DNA of 64,000 bases from Asterias amurensis. Taxonomy: Eukaryota. Position 1 is the stretch's first letter. Each line of letters starts with the position of its first letter. The DNA is taken from positions 19,654,621 through 19,718,620 of the forward strand of contig NC_092661.1 of NCBI RefSeq assembly GCF_032118995.1, read 5' to 3'. This document shows, piece after piece, positions 1 through 12,176 of this stretch. The notes below the pieces were generated by a model, which saw only the letters and a program-made list of their open reading frames with translations, was not told the origin of the DNA and did no database searches. The translations under genes were made by a program, and so were the position numbers.

Positions 1-106
1 CATGGGATCAGGCAACCTGGCAAACCACCATAAACAGCGTCCTATAGTTTGGACATTGAGTTACCATGGAGATTTGTAAATCATCAGAGCATGAGTCTTG
101 AATTTA

Positions 107-275
107 AAATGTGTGCACTACCAAGTCTGACAACTGCCCCTGACTAAGTAGACAAAACAGACTAGAGTTCCACGGGTCATTTGGTTGGTAGAACTTTGAT
201 ATAAAAACCAAAAGTAACATCATCTCAAAATGAACCAAGTAGATTAAGAATTCTTGAACTACTACTGTACCAACC
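107..275 (-). CDS. TRPA1: Probable TRPA1-like S4 exon (VGTVVVQEFLIYLVHFEMMLLLVFISKFYQ…); 3' boundary uncertain; gene continues beyond the window start
   Basis: Acceptor tcatgtttacag|; phase 0 matches the S3 exon; FLIYLVHFE resembles vertebrate FLLYLQRFE. Donor not resolved; the ORF reaches a stop at 104. Confidence 0.35.
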
Positions 276-1021
276 TGTAAACATGACAATATAAATGCCA
301 AACTGGGGGAACTTTCTCAGGAATAGGATAAGGTTTATCCAAGCTAAGAAGACAGCCACAGCGCCACACTGCCATTGCCACTCCTGAAAACAAACCATTC
401 CATCAACTAATGAATGTATTGCTCAGTGTTATTACAAATCTACATTATGGAAATTCAAGGGAGCATATTGGCAACAAAATCCGAACACAATTCAACTATC
501 CTGAATTTATGTAACATTTAACTTTGATGTTTCCTTCAGAATATATATTGACTGATCTAGTTCTGAAAGGACAACTAAAAGATAAAGGTTTGAATGTTGA
601 GCACTGACACTAACGTTACTTGCAACCAAGAACTTGCGTCCTTTCCACCATTCAAAACATTTTACCTGAAAATACAATATGATAAACTAATTTCTGTTCT
701 AACAAAAGAAGAACGTTGAGGATCTGTTTCAATAAGCTTGATGATTTTCATTTTAAAAAAATGACAGAGGACTCCTTAAATCCCTCCACTGGCATCTCGT
801 AAAAGATAGAATTCTCTTCAAAGTATTTTTGTTTGTTTTTAAAATGACCAGACGCCATTATATATATCAAGGATTGCTTTACCCATTTTTGCTTACCATT
901 TCTGGGACCCATGGCAAATCTGGCGATTCGCACATTCACTATAACTGCATCCACAGAATGGAACAACCTCATGTCTTTCATTAAAGCCGCAACATTTACT
1001 TCTGAAAACACATCTCTTCCC

Positions 1022-1399
1022 TGTTTAAAGCCATTGGACCCTTTCGGTAAACTGTGTTGTCCGAGGCCCACACTTTGTGTACCACAACTTCTATATCAAA
1101 TAACACACCTGTGAAGATTTAGGCTCATTCGGTCATCGGAGTTGGGAGAAAACTACGGAAAACCACACCCTTGTTTCCACGTGTTTCGCCGTGTCATGAC
1201 ATGTGTTAAAAATAAATCAGTAATTCTCGTTAACGAGAATTTATATTGTTTTGCTGTTTTCTCAAAAAGTAAAGCATTTCATGGACTAATATTTCAAGAG
1301 AAGTCTTTCACCATTGCCTTCTATAAACCCTGTAAGTTATTTGTAAATCTGTGAACTTTTATTTTTTTTCTGAACCGAAAAGGTCCAATGACTTTAAGC
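1022..1399. mobile_element. MITE, ~380 bp, TIR ttaaagccattggaccctttcggtaaac (copy A)
   Basis: Terminal inverted repeats; about 85% identical to the copy at 29927..30300. Confidence 0.7.
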
Positions 1400-1669
1400 T
1401 TTTCTCTTTTTCTCATTCTTTTCAAACCTTGTATGTAGCTTTTCCGGTAAGATTTCCTTACTTATTGTGCATTTTTAGTTTTTGTTAGCGCTTTTATGTA
1501 GTTTTCTAGGGAGAGTGTTTCTAAATACCTGGTTTTATTATTATTATTATTATTATTATTGTTATTGTTGTGCAACCCACACAAGGGGCATACAATCCTG
1601 GTGAAAATGAATGAGAAACATGACAATAAATATAACCTTGATAAATAAAGCTAGAGCAAAGAGCCATGC

Positions 1670-3852
1670 ATTGATAACCAACAATGACCAGTGGTCAAGA
1701 GGGATGAAGGCCCAGTAAGATTTGACCAGGATAGTAAAACGGTACCTTGATATTACCAACAATGACCAGTGGTCAAGAGGGATGAAGGCCCAGTAAGATT
1801 AGACCAGGATAGTAAAAGGGTACCTTGATATTACCAACAATGACCAGTGGTCAAGAGGGATGAAGGCCCAGTAAGATTTGACCAGGATGGTAAAACGGTA
1901 CCTTGATATTACAAACAATGACCAATGGTCAAGAGGGATGAAGGCCCAGTAAAATTTGACCAGGAAAGTAAGGGGGTACCTTGATATACCAACAATGACC
2001 AGTGGTCAAGAGGGATGAAGGCCCAATAAGATTAGACCAGGATAGTAAAAGGGTACCTTGATATTACCAACAATGACCAGTGGTCAAGAGGGATGAAGGC
2101 CCAGTAAGATTTGACCAGGATCGTAAAAGGGTACCTTGATATTACCAACAATGACAAGTGGTCAAGAGGGATGAAGGACCAGTAAGATTTGACCAGGAGA
2201 GTAAAAGGGTACCTTGATATTACCAACAATGACCAGTGGTCAAGAGGGATGAAGGCCCAGTAAGATTAGACCAGGATAGTAAAACGGTACCTTGATATTA
2301 CCAACAATGACCAGTGGTCAAGAGGGATGAAGGCCCAGTAAGATTAGACCAGGAGAGTAAAAGGGTACCTTCATATTACCAACAATGACCAGTGGTCAAG
2401 AGGGATGAAGGCCCAGTAAGATTAGACCAGGATAGTAAAAGGGTACCTCGATATTACCAACAATGACCAGTGGTCAAGAGGGATGAAGGCCCAGTAAAAT
2501 TTGACCAGGAAAGTAAGAGGGTACCTTGATATTACCAACAATGACCAGTGGTCAAGAGGGATGAAGGCCCAGTAAGATTAGACCAGGATAGTAAAAGGGT
2601 ACCTTGATATACCAACAATGACCAGTGGACAAGAGGGATAAAGCCCCAGTAAGATTAGACCAGGATAGTAAAAGGGTACCTTGATATTACCAACAATGAC
2701 CAGTGGTCAAGAGGGATGAAGGCCCAGTAAGATTAGACCAGGAGAGTAAAAGGGTACCTTCATATTACCAACAATGACCAGTGGTCAAGAGGGATGAAGG
2801 CCCAGTAAGATTAGACAAGGATAGTAAAAGGGTACCTCGATATTACCAACAATGACCAGTGGTCAAGAGGGATGAAGGCCCAGTAAAATTTGACCAGGAA
2901 AGTAAGAGGGTACCTTGATATTACCAACAATGACCAGTGGTCAAGAGGGATGAAGGCCCAGTAAGATTAGACCAGGATAGTAAAAGGGTACCTTGATATA
3001 CCAACAATGACCAGTGGACAAGAGGGATAAAGCCCCAGTAAGATAAGACCAGGATAGTAAAAGGGTACCTTGATATTACCAACAATGACCAGTGGTCAAG
3101 AGGGATGAAGGCCCAGTAAGATTTTACCAGGAGAGTAAAAGGGTACCTTGATATTACAAACAATGACCAGTGGTCAAGAGGGATGAATGCCCCGTAAGAT
3201 GAGACCAGGATACTAAAAGGGTACCTTGATATTACCAACAATGACCAGTGGTCAAGAGGGATGAAGGCCCAGTAAGATTAGACCAGGATAGTAAAACGGT
3301 ACCTTGATATTACCAACAATGAACAGTGGTCAAGAGGGATGAATGCCCCGTAAGATTAGACCAGGATAGTAAAACGCGGTACCTTGATATTACCAACAAT
3401 GACCAGTGGTCAAGAGGGATGAAGGCCCAGTAAGATTTGACGCGGATAGTAAAAGGGTACCTTGATATTACCAACAATGACCAGTGGTCAAGAGGGATGA
3501 AGGCCCAGTAAGATTTGACCAGGATAGTAAAACGGTACCTTGATATTACCAACAATGACCAATGGTCAAGAGGGATGAAGGCCCAGTAAAATTTGACCAG
3601 GATAGTAAAAGGGTACCTTGATATTACCAACAATGACCAGTGGTCAAGAGGGATGAAGGCCCAGTAAGATTTGACCAGGAGGGTAAAACGGTACCTTGAT
3701 ATTACCAACAATGACCAGTGGTCAATAGGGATGAAGGCCCAGTAAGATTTGACCAGGAGGGTAAAACGGTACCTTGATATTACCAACAATGACCAGTGGT
3801 CAATAGGGATGAAGGCCCAGTAAGATTAGACCAGGATAGTAAAAGGGTACCT
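1670..3852. repeat. Minisatellite, ~79-bp unit ×~28 (…accttgatattaccaacaatgaccagtggtcaagagggatgaaggcccagtaagatt(t/a)gaccaggatagtaaaagggt…)
   Basis: Periodicity read directly from the sequence; the six-frame track shows reiterated pseudo-ORFs (SYWAFIPLDHWSLLVISRYPFTILVK…) that are repeat artefacts; intronic in TRPA1. Confidence 0.9.
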
Positions 3853-3854
3853 TA

Positions 3855-4029
3855 CCAGAGTGACAGAGACACATTGTGCACCTGACACAGTGCAGTCTGC
3901 TCCGGGCATGTATGGATAGGATACTCCAGATAGAGGTAGCACAAACAAGATGGACAGTATGTAGATAAACCATTCAAGTATATTCACAAAGCCAATGTAG
4001 TTCAGTTTCTGATGGTACATCTGGATTAG
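3855..4029 (-). CDS. TRPA1: TRPA1-like S3 exon (LIQMYHQKLNYIGFVNILEWFIYILSILFVLPLSGVSYPYMPGADCTVSGAQCVSVTL)
   Basis: Matches vertebrate TRPA1 QIFQQKRNYFMDISNVLEWIIYTTGIIFVLPLF; acceptor cattcattttacag|, donor CACTCTG|gtaagg immediately followed by the minisatellite. Confidence 0.75.
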
Positions 4030-4585
4030 CTGTAAAATGAATGTGAGACAGAGTTCCAACTTAAAAATAACAGGTGCTGTTTCTATAGCCCAACAAAAAT
4101 AAGATGGATTTATACAACTCAATACTTTTAGTTGCCAGTTCTTTATCCTATCATGCACACATTAATTCTCTTGTCTAAGTCTTTTAAGATTGTCACTTGC
4201 AAACATTCTGTGCAATAACAGCATTCAACAAAATGAAGTCTTAAATTTCTCAGTATTGTGATCAGCATTTTTCAATATATGTTTGGCTTCGTGATGTTTT
4301 AGGGTAACTAACGACACGAATTACGAAATGGCTACCTGAGTTGTTATTCCCCCGAGTCTTTATTTCCAAGCTCGAGGGCGCACTTCAAGGTCAAACTATG
4401 ATAGGTTATGTGTAAAGATTGATGCTACTACTTATGTTTTTCCGACTATTTTTAAAAAGCCCCATACCAAAAGAATGTTTCAAATTCAATGGCCCTTAAA
4501 GCTGTGGTTTCCGAAGGACCTAGTTGCCATCTGTGATAAGCAGCAGACCTTGGTTATGTATTTATTAAAGTAACTCGACCTTACC

Positions 4586-4771
4586 TCCTTTAAGATGTTG
4601 AATCCAGATAACCCAATGATGACCCAATCACCGACTTTTCCAAATATGAGGTGAGTAGTGGGACTGAAACCATCTTCCCAACGCATCTTACCATCTGTAT
4701 TCCAAGTGACTGTCTTATTGTCCTCCATATTGAAATAAAAAGGAGGTGGGTTCGTTGTCACATAACCTGCG
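4586..4771 (-). CDS. TRPA1: TRPA1-like S1-S2 loop/S2 exon (GYVTTNPPPFYFNMEDNKTVTWNTDGKMRWEDGFSPTTHLIFGKVGDWVIIGLSGFNILKE)
   Basis: Acceptor ctctcatcgcag|, donor AAAGGAG|gtaagg; hydrophobic segment; position matches the TRPA1 S1-S2 region. Confidence 0.75.
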
Positions 4772-5054
4772 ATGAGAGGCAAAAAATGGTATTCTTGCAA
4801 TAACTACTAATTAGTCAAACAAGGGATTGAATCACATAGTGCCAAATTAAGTCAAACAGAAAAACCACTTCATCGTTTAAAAAAAATTCTTCAACATTTT
4901 ATAAAAGGCGTACATTACATTTTAGTGCTACAAATCACACACTTGCACTTCATAAATAGCGATGAAGATTTGTAAAACAAAACAAAACATGTACAAAAAC
5001 ACTTTATAAACTGAATACCAAAAAGCCCCATCCCAAACCAAACAAAAAACATAC

Positions 5055-5190
5055 CAGTCAGGAAGATGAGGTAAAGCGTGTAAAACATCAATGATATGTA
5101 GTAGAAAATTCTGCCGTAGCTGTCCCATTTATGCTGAAGTAAACTGGTGACTAATGGATGGCCTAGCAACTCATCCCGCCTAGAATTAAC
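5055..5190 (-). CDS. TRPA1: TRPA1-like pre-S1/S1 exon (VNSRRDELLGHPLVTSLLQHKWDSYGRIFYYISLMFYTLYLIFLT)
   Basis: Matches the conserved TRPA motif NHPVCKEYLLMKWLAYG; acceptor tcttgtttag|, donor CTGACTG|gtatgt. Confidence 0.8.
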
Positions 5191-7024
5191 CTAAACAAGA
5201 AATACAAAAACATATGTTTGAATAATAAGCAGCTCAAGTTTTGTTGATGACATGGTCTATTGTCACCAGAAAATACTGCTTGACTTAGTTATTTGCTGAG
5301 CAAAAATTTAGAAGGGCACCAGAAACTTAATGTAATTTTGGCTTGAAACCTATTTCTATTAAGCAATACTTTTCGGTGCTTATCAGGCTTAATGAAATTG
5401 GTCTCAGGTGAGGTGGTTCTACTGGTTAAGACATCTGATCTAGAATGTGGAAGGAAGGTAAATGGTTTTAGTTCCACCAAAGAAGCCATTTGATGTTTTT
5501 AACCCGCAAAGACTCGGAACATGCCCAGTATAGGCTACAGTTCTTATTCTATACCTGTGTAGGACAAACTTTATTATTTGTAACTTATTTTCTTTAAAAC
5601 ACGATTTCCTGTAAGGTTTATATGTCTATCAACTCATTAACGAAGACACCAAAAACATTCATGGAACAAACCATTATCGTCAGGGGGTGGTTCTTCCTCA
5701 AGATCTCTGCATCTGTTGTGTAAGGAGTGGCAGAGGAAATCAGATTTCCATTGTCATGAAACGGCGAGTCATCAGATCCTCCAGACTTCTCAGATGTGTT
5801 ATCTAGAAAACAAACAAAAAAAGATCATTTTAATAATTTCATTCATTCATTCATTCATTCATTCATTCATTCAAACTTACATTTATTTCCATATTTGGAC
5901 AAAAGCTTCCTAGGGTATTTAATTAACTGCTGATTTAGATGAGGGTAACGTTTCCGTATGGCGCCACCACTTTTTCATTCGATATGAAATAATATAGTAT
6001 CTAATTTACCTCAATGAGATATCCCTTTTTGTAAAAATGAGTGAAAAAGTGGTGGCGTCATACGGAAAGTTATCCTAGATGAGTGTTGAATTTATCAATG
6101 ACGAGGTCTTCATTGGAAATAAATGGTAACAAATAACAAATTTCAGTAACAAATGAAAATCACAAGCCCTAACACTTTAAAGACTTACTGTCAAAGCACA
6201 CGACTTACAATGACTTTACGATACACTCTTGTTTTCTACTGGCTTACTTGCTGCTTATTCATTTATTACTACAAGATGTGTACAATATCCAAGCAGCTGA
6301 CAATGAGGATCATATTGAAGTATCTAACCATACATTACAAAACAGCAAGGAATTGGCAAAAGAAAATGGGATTACATCGTCATTTAATTAACCATGCCAA
6401 GAAATTGATGTCAACTCATCTGTCTTTTGTATAAATTACTTTTCTCACATAGCCATTAGCCTACATGTACATTCCTTAAAATCAATGGGAAAAAAATGCT
6501 ACTATTACCAACAACTACAGTGACATTTAAACCATGCCAATCAACACATCAAAAATTAAAACATAAAATAAATGAATTGGAACTTGAAACAAACTATTCT
6601 ACAGACACAGTGTGGGAGGGCACAGTGGGGGAGGGCAGTTTGGGTCATTTAAACAAAAAATTTAGAGGTTTTTTTTTTTTTTTTTTTTTTTTTTGGGGGG
6701 GGGGGAATTGTGGAATGTATACCCCTAATGGGGGTGCACCAATTCAATAAAGGTATTGGTTGTGTGTTTTCATTTGAAGCAGTGAGAACCTGGTATGTTA
6801 CGAGTCATGGGTTATGGGTCATTGTCAGTACATATTTCTCAAAATAATGCTTGGATTTTCTAAGACAACGTACGTGTAAAGGGGCACCTTCCTGTAACCT
6901 TAGCAACGCCATGACAACACCATAGCTTTATGGCAACTCTACTGACTGGTTTTGAATTCCTTTCAGCTATGGTTTATGCTTTAATTACACTGTCAACAAA
7001 ACCTGAACCAAGGTTGTTTAATAC

Positions 7025-7059
7025 CATGGGGGTTTCTAATGTTGTAGTACTAATACTCC
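7025..7059 (-). CDS. TRPA1: TRPA1-like 35-nt micro-exon (GSISTTTLETPM), restoring phase between the linker exon and S1
   Basis: Acceptor tgtaaatttcaag|, donor CCCATG|gtatta. The only solution I found that joins phase 1 (from 8135) to phase 0 (into 5190). The product …LETPM|VNSRRDELL resembles vertebrate …LTALNAMVQNNRIELL. Confidence 0.45.
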
Positions 7060-8134
7060 CTTGAAATTTACAACAGGAAAAGACATGATAGACAAAATTG
7101 TACAAATGAAATATTACACAGCTCAACATGAGAGATACAAATACAGCAGTGAGAAACACTACTTAAAACAAAGGTGCAAGCAATACTATACAGGCTATAT
7201 TATCCTATCAAATGCAGACCATGAAATTAATACAAAATCAAATATAATGACTAAACCACCAAAGCGAGCAACTCAACGTTAGGGACGAGTTTTAGAATTG
7301 CTTTTTGGTAAAAAATAAAATGGAAGGGAATAATTAGTCTCCAATCAAGTCACAAATTAACTGGAATGTCACCATCGGTTACCTGAATCAAAGTGCGGGT
7401 GATTTTTACTTCCTAGAAAGGCATTTAGTTAGAGAAATAAACAGGCAATATTATTCAATGAGTTGAATAGCACATCTGACTTTAAAGTAATTAAACACAA
7501 CTTATTTCTGAAACAAAGTACAATATTCTTTTTAAAAACCTGTTTTTTTATCAAGCATAAAGCTAACCAGGGGCTTGTGTTTATCTGAGCACTGTATTTT
7601 CTTTAAAGTTGTAAATATTTATGCAGAAAATGTTCTTGGTATAAAACTATGTGATTACAATAAAGTGACAAACACACAGTAAGACCATGGTGGGATGCAG
7701 TTGTACAGTAAAGTGTCATGGTTGAGTGGTCAAGTGCACTGGAACCATGTTCTGGTTCATCAGAGTGCTTTCATGCTTTCTACCTCTCTTTTTATTTCTA
7801 TCCATCTAACTGTTTTTTGTTACACCAATATTTCTGTTACACCAATATTTCTGTTTGTGTGTTGTCATTTGTCTTTTCGAGAAAGACTCTGCCAGGGTTG
7901 AACAAAACCTGGTTTGCAGCTTGAAATAACACAATTTGTGGCATTAGCATACCATGTTAGACAAGAGTTTGATATGGACCAAGTAATATAAATGATAACA
8001 CTCTTGTTGCTATACGTATATCAACCAATCAAAATAAAGAATTAAAGTTTGCTTGAAGATAGTTATTATTGTCCTGCTTTCAGCATAACCCTGTTTGAAA
8101 AAGTTTCTTGTGGAACCAAGGTGAATTCTCTTAC

Positions 8135-8276
8135 CTGAAGAATTATCATCCCACTTGGAGAACATATCATCAAGAAGCTCATAGTCAAATGTAATGCAAT
8201 ACTTGTAATGCTCAGGTGGGTAGTCATTCTCCATCAAACACTTATTGAAAACCACCTCTGCAACATCTGCAAGAAA
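8135..8276 (-). CDS. TRPA1: TRPA1-like linker exon (DVAEVVFNKCLMENDYPPEHYKYCITFDYELLDDMFSKWDDNSSG)
   Basis: Aligns with vertebrate TRPA1 ECMKVLLDFCMLHSTEDKSCRDYYIEYNFKYLQCPLEF; acceptor tttcttgcag|, donor TCAG|gtaaga. A second copy sits at 60612..60743 on the plus strand. Confidence 0.75.
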
Positions 8277-8547
8277 AGCAAGATGCACACTTATAAATAA
8301 AACTTATAAATAAATCTTATCTTATCTTATCTTCTCTTCTCCATCAAACACTTATTGAAAACCAACTCTGCAACATCTGCAAGAATCTACACTTATAAAT
8401 AAAACACATTTCCAAAGGCAGTAAGGGGTAGGGGCCTGGGGAGTCCGCTTGGCAACACCTAATATCAGTAGGTATCTGTTTTATAAAATGTTCATCGAGA
8501 GGAAAAGGAGAAACAATGATACCATTTTAGGTTGGTGGATTTCTTAC

Positions 8548-8669
8548 CTGGCATCTTCTTGATAAGTTTCCTCATTGGAGTCAACCTCATCTTGGTATAT
8601 TTATCCTTACTAACTGAGCACATTGCATGAAGCCAGTTCTTCAGGCCGATAATAGCGAGGGCAACATTC
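8548..8669 (-). CDS. TRPA1: TRPA1-like post-ankyrin linker exon (NVALAIIGLKNWLHAMCSVSKDKYTKMRLTPMRKLIKKMP)
   Basis: Aligns with vertebrate TRPA1 EVVLTIIRSKRWDECLKIFSHYSPGNKCPITEMIEYLPE; acceptor ccatttgtag|, donor CCAG|gtaaga. Confidence 0.7.
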
Positions 8670-9051
8670 CTACAAATGGAAAAAGATAAAATGGTTGAAT
8701 GAGAATTCTTGAAGTAATCCAACCATCTCCACACAGTTGCAACTGTGGAAACTCTGATAAAAATAATGTCAACGTGATATTTCAAGTAAACAGAAGTATA
8801 TAAGATTTGAGGCATTGCATGGTGAGGCATCAATGTATATTTGGTTTGCAGTAACACCTTGTGTATATCTACTTGCCAGGTAGAGTTTGTTCTTAGGGAA
8901 CTGTCTTTCTTTATTATACTACCATGGAGTAGATTTACCAGAAGTAGATTTATCAGAAGTAGATTAAACAGAAGTAGATTTATCAAAAGTAGATTAAACA
9001 GAAGTAAGTGCAAACTTTTGTTGTTGTTGGATGTAATTTATTCAAACATAC

Positions 9052-9188
9052 TGATGTCCTTTGTCGACGGCCAAATCAAGGCAGTTACGATTATCGGCAT
9101 CCTTGAGCGATAGATCAGCTCCCCAGGTTGCAAGAAGCTTCACCATCTCAACATGGCCATTCCTGCAAGCAAGATGAAGAGGGGTCGT
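9052..9188 (-). CDS. TRPA1: TRPA1-like last ankyrin exon (TTPLHLACRNGHVEMVKLLATWGADLSLKDADNRNCLDLAVDKGH)
   Basis: Acceptor ctttttccttag|, donor ACATCA|gtatgt; phase 2 joins to Q+NVALAIIGLKNW. Confidence 0.75.
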
Positions 9189-9387
9189 CTAAGGAAAAAG
9201 TAAAGAAAATCATAAATTAAGGAAATAATCAAGAAAACATAAAATATTATAACAATGTGACAATGTATTAACTGATATTCATTGAAATGATCGGAGTTGT
9301 CAATAGTTACAGTGGGATAAAAAATTACAGCAATTATTTATAGCAAGCTGCCTTGTAAAAGAGAAGATGATAAGTAAGTTATCTAAC

Positions 9388-9499
9388 CTTGGATTTATCA
9401 GTGGGATCCACAGGGCTGTCATTCTCTAGGAGAGCAGTGGCACACTTCACCCATCCATTGGCAGCGGAACAATCCAATGGAGTCCATAAGGTCTGGTTT
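9388..9499 (-). CDS. TRPA1: TRPA1-like ankyrin exon (NQTLWTPLDCSAANGWVKCATALLENDSPVDPTDKSK)
   Basis: Acceptor ttgttgattag|, donor CCAAG|gttaga. Confidence 0.7.
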
Positions 9500-9689
9500 C
9501 TAATCAACAACAAAAAGAAATGCACTTCATTATGACTCGGATTTTGAAAATAATGCAGTATTTCTTCAACCATAAATCCTTGAGAAAATGAGCACAAAGG
9601 TAACCATGTAGCCCACTTTTATCAATATTAAAATATACTTGGCTAAAAACCAAGAATGCCTTTAAAAGCAAACTTTATCAATGTAAACT

Positions 9690-10775
9690 GCTCACAAAAA
9701 GTAAGGAAACTTTTTTCAATCCAGTATATTTGTTGGTATTTATTACTCTCTTTGTATATGGTATATATAAATGCAAAGCTGAACTGTTCCTCTTTAAAAT
9801 GATACCACATTTGCAATGATTACATGTTGCTGAACTTGGCTACACGAATAACAATGAGGCAAAGTCACAAATCAAATGTGCCAAAATTACCGTTGTCTGT
9901 GAATGGTCAATGCTCAATAATCAAACCGATCAAGCTTTTCAGAACCATTAGTGGTTTACACAAAGATTGCACCAGTGAGCTCATCAGAAACAATTAACCC
10001 TCATCTCTTGAAAAAACACCTTGTTTGGTGGGTATTTGCAAGACGATATTCTACAGCCGATTGCAGTCCCATACTTGCAGACTCTTGGACCAAAATGCCA
10101 TCTTTCAAGATGACAACGCTCGCCCCCATCGAGCCCGACTGGTGACTGACTACCTGAACAAGGTTGGGGTGCACCGGATGGATTTGCCCGCTAACAGTCC
10201 AGATCTGAATCCCATGGAACATCTGTGGGACCAGCTTGGCCTCGCTGTCCGCGCCAGAACCACCAACACATCAACTTTGGCTGACCTAACCAGGTTCCTT
10301 AATGAAGAATGGAACGCCATCCCTCATCATCAGCGCATCACAAGACTTTTGTGCAGCATGAGAAGAAGGTGCCAGGCTGTCATCAACGCCTTCGGATCAT
10401 CCACTCGTTACTGAACTTCTATCAATTAAGTGTATCAAGATCAGTAAGTTGTCTTGCTCTATACCAAACTTCTTGTCTCAATAAAGTGGATTATGATCAG
10501 TAAGTTGTCTTGCTTGTTTCAGTTACAGTGTCAATTTGATTGTTCACACGGTAACACAAAACTGCTAATTTTGGCACATTTGATTTGTGACTTTGTCTCA
10601 TTCTCATTAACGTGGTCAAGTCCAGCAACATGTAATCATTGCAAGTTTGATATCATTTTGAAGAGGAACATGTCAGCTTTGCAATGATATATACCATACA
10701 CAAATAGAGTATTAAATAATAAAAAATATACTGGATTGAAAAACGTTTCCTTACTTTTTGTGAGCAGTTTAGCTC
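9690..10775 (+). mobile_element. Internally deleted Tc1/mariner-type DNA transposon with long (~200 bp) TIRs and a C-terminal transposase remnant
   Basis: ORF 10025..10414 has DDE-type transposase motifs (DDNARPH…, NSPDLNPMEHLW). Terminal inverted repeats ctgctcacaaaaagtaaggaaac…caatccagtatat at 9690-9735 and 10728-10775, with a nested second inverted repeat at 9780-9900 and 10560-10690. Intronic in TRPA1. Confidence 0.75.
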
Positions 10776-10849
10776 AGAAGCGTCACAGAATGAGGATGCT
10801 TGCTTTGAACTGAAACGCATTGTACGTATAAGTAATAACAATCAAATGG

Positions 10850-11170
10850 CCTCTAGCCACTGGGCTAGCTCAGTGGTCTAGTGGTAAGACATCTGCTCTA
10901 GCAGTGTAAAGGTCATGGGTTTGAATCCCACCCGAGTGATTTGCCAACACATAGGATTCAAACTTCCTCTAGCCACTGGGCTAGCTCAGTGGTCTAGTGG
11001 TAAGACATCTGCTCTAGCAGTGTAAAGGTCATGGGTTTGAATCCCACCTGAGTGATTTGCCAACACATAGGATTCAAACTGCCTCTAGCCACTGGGCTAG
11101 CTCAGTGGTCTAGTGGTAAGACATCTGCTCTAGAATGCAAAGGTAGTGGGTTTGAATCCCACCTGCGTCA
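10850..11170 (+). repeat. Three tandem copies of a tRNA-derived SINE head (gggctagctcagtggtctagtggtaagacatctgctctag…ggtttgaatcccacc)
   Basis: A/B-box-like tRNA motifs without a valid cloverleaf; a ~113-bp unit reiterated; related copies at 5396-5480, 12480-12560, 40200-40480, 56290-56470, 60115-60190. Confidence 0.7.
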
Positions 11171-11272
11171 TGTGCCTGTGGAAATATATCGGTGTAAAAA
11201 GAGTATAAAACAAACAATAAACCACTCAGATACAATATAGGATGGACTGATTTGCTTAATACCTTGCTTCTA

Positions 11273-11409
11273 TATCAGCACCAGCTGCAATTAGAGCTAG
11301 CACACACTTCGCATGACCCTCTGTAGCTGCTAGATGTAACGGAGAATTAGAGTTTTCATCTTCATCATTGATTCCTGTAATGTCTTGACGTACAAGCTCA
11401 TTTAGAGTG
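11273..11409 (-). CDS. TRPA1: TRPA1-like ankyrin exon (TLNELVRQDITGINDEDENSNSPLHLAATEGHAKCVLALIAAGADIEA)
   Basis: Acceptor tttttctgttcacag|, donor GCAAG|gtatta; close to the vertebrate TRPA1 segment LLQDISDTRLLNEGD…PLHLAAKNGHDKVV. Confidence 0.75.
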
Positions 11410-11737
11410 CTGTGAACAGAAAAAACATATCTCAATAGAGGGTTGCACTGATGGGAGGAAAATCTTATCAATTTCTGCTGGGACTGAAGAGTGGAGAAAA
11501 ATGCAATTAAGACAACAACATAAGTATTGCAGTAGTGTAATTAAAATCTTTCACAAATCTTCAGAAAACTGTCAACTGTACAAAGTGATCCATTTTGTAA
11601 CTAACAGGTTTTTTTATTGAAAGCTAGTCCTTTCTGTGGCTGAAGCTGATGCTTTAAATAACCTCAATAAAAATAATCTACAAAAGAAAGACATTCCAAC
11701 AATGCTCCAAAATGCCATAAGTTTGATATTTGCTTAC

Positions 11738-11826
11738 TGGACTCGTCCATGCTTAGAAGCAAGGTGTAACGCTGTCTGCTCCTCCTCATTCTTAGCTTCA
11801 AGACTGGCTCCTCTTTCCAGTAAAAT
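11738..11826 (-). CDS. TRPA1: TRPA1-like ankyrin exon (ILLERGASLEAKNEEEQTALHLASKHGRV)
   Basis: Acceptor ctttcatgatag|, donor TCCA|gtaagc; phase 2 into the next exon gives H+TLNELVRQD. Confidence 0.7.
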
Positions 11827-12176
11827 CTATCATGAAAGTACACAAAAATATCACCATAAATTGAATAACCCCAAATCAATCGAGAAACTGGTATTAGCTG
11901 TTGCAAACAACTTACCAACCAAATTGCCCCATGGTTTAAAGGCAAACAATAGTTAATGGCCTGGCGTTTCGACCGACCCTAAAAGAGTCTTTCTCGAAGG
12001 CAAAATGACAACACAACAGACATGAACAGGTTGTAACATACCCAAAACAATTGATTAGTTGTAATACTTACACAACAAGTGATTTTATAAGTACAAAACT
12101 GCTCATTGTATGGTAACAAATTGCTTCTCACTTACCTCAAGCTCACATAATTAATGTTAAATGATTAAGGTAGTAC

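Noticed and set aside
2032-3789. Long minus-strand ORFs (65-159 aa, SYWAFIPLDHWSLLVISRYPFTILVK…) in the ORF track
   Set aside because: They are a periodic translation of the 79-bp minisatellite. There is no start or splice context, and the amino-acid sequence repeats with the DNA period.
8492-9013. 173-aa minus-strand ORF
   Set aside because: Only its C-terminal ~40 aa correspond to the real TRPA1 linker exon (8548..8669). The N-terminal part is a translation of a 22-bp tandem repeat (agaagtagatttatcagaagtagattaaac…).
10025-10414. 129-aa ORF as a host gene
   Set aside because: It is the C-terminal DDE region of a Tc1/mariner transposase inside an element with TIRs. It lacks the N-terminal DNA-binding half, so it is a transposon remnant.
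10850-11170. Possible cluster of tRNA genes (three tRNA-like units; others at 40200-40480, 56290-56470, 60115-60190)
   Set aside because: None folds into a valid cloverleaf (acceptor and T-stem do not pair). They have SINE-like tails and are embedded in introns or palindromes, so I call them tRNA-derived SINE heads, not functional tRNAs.
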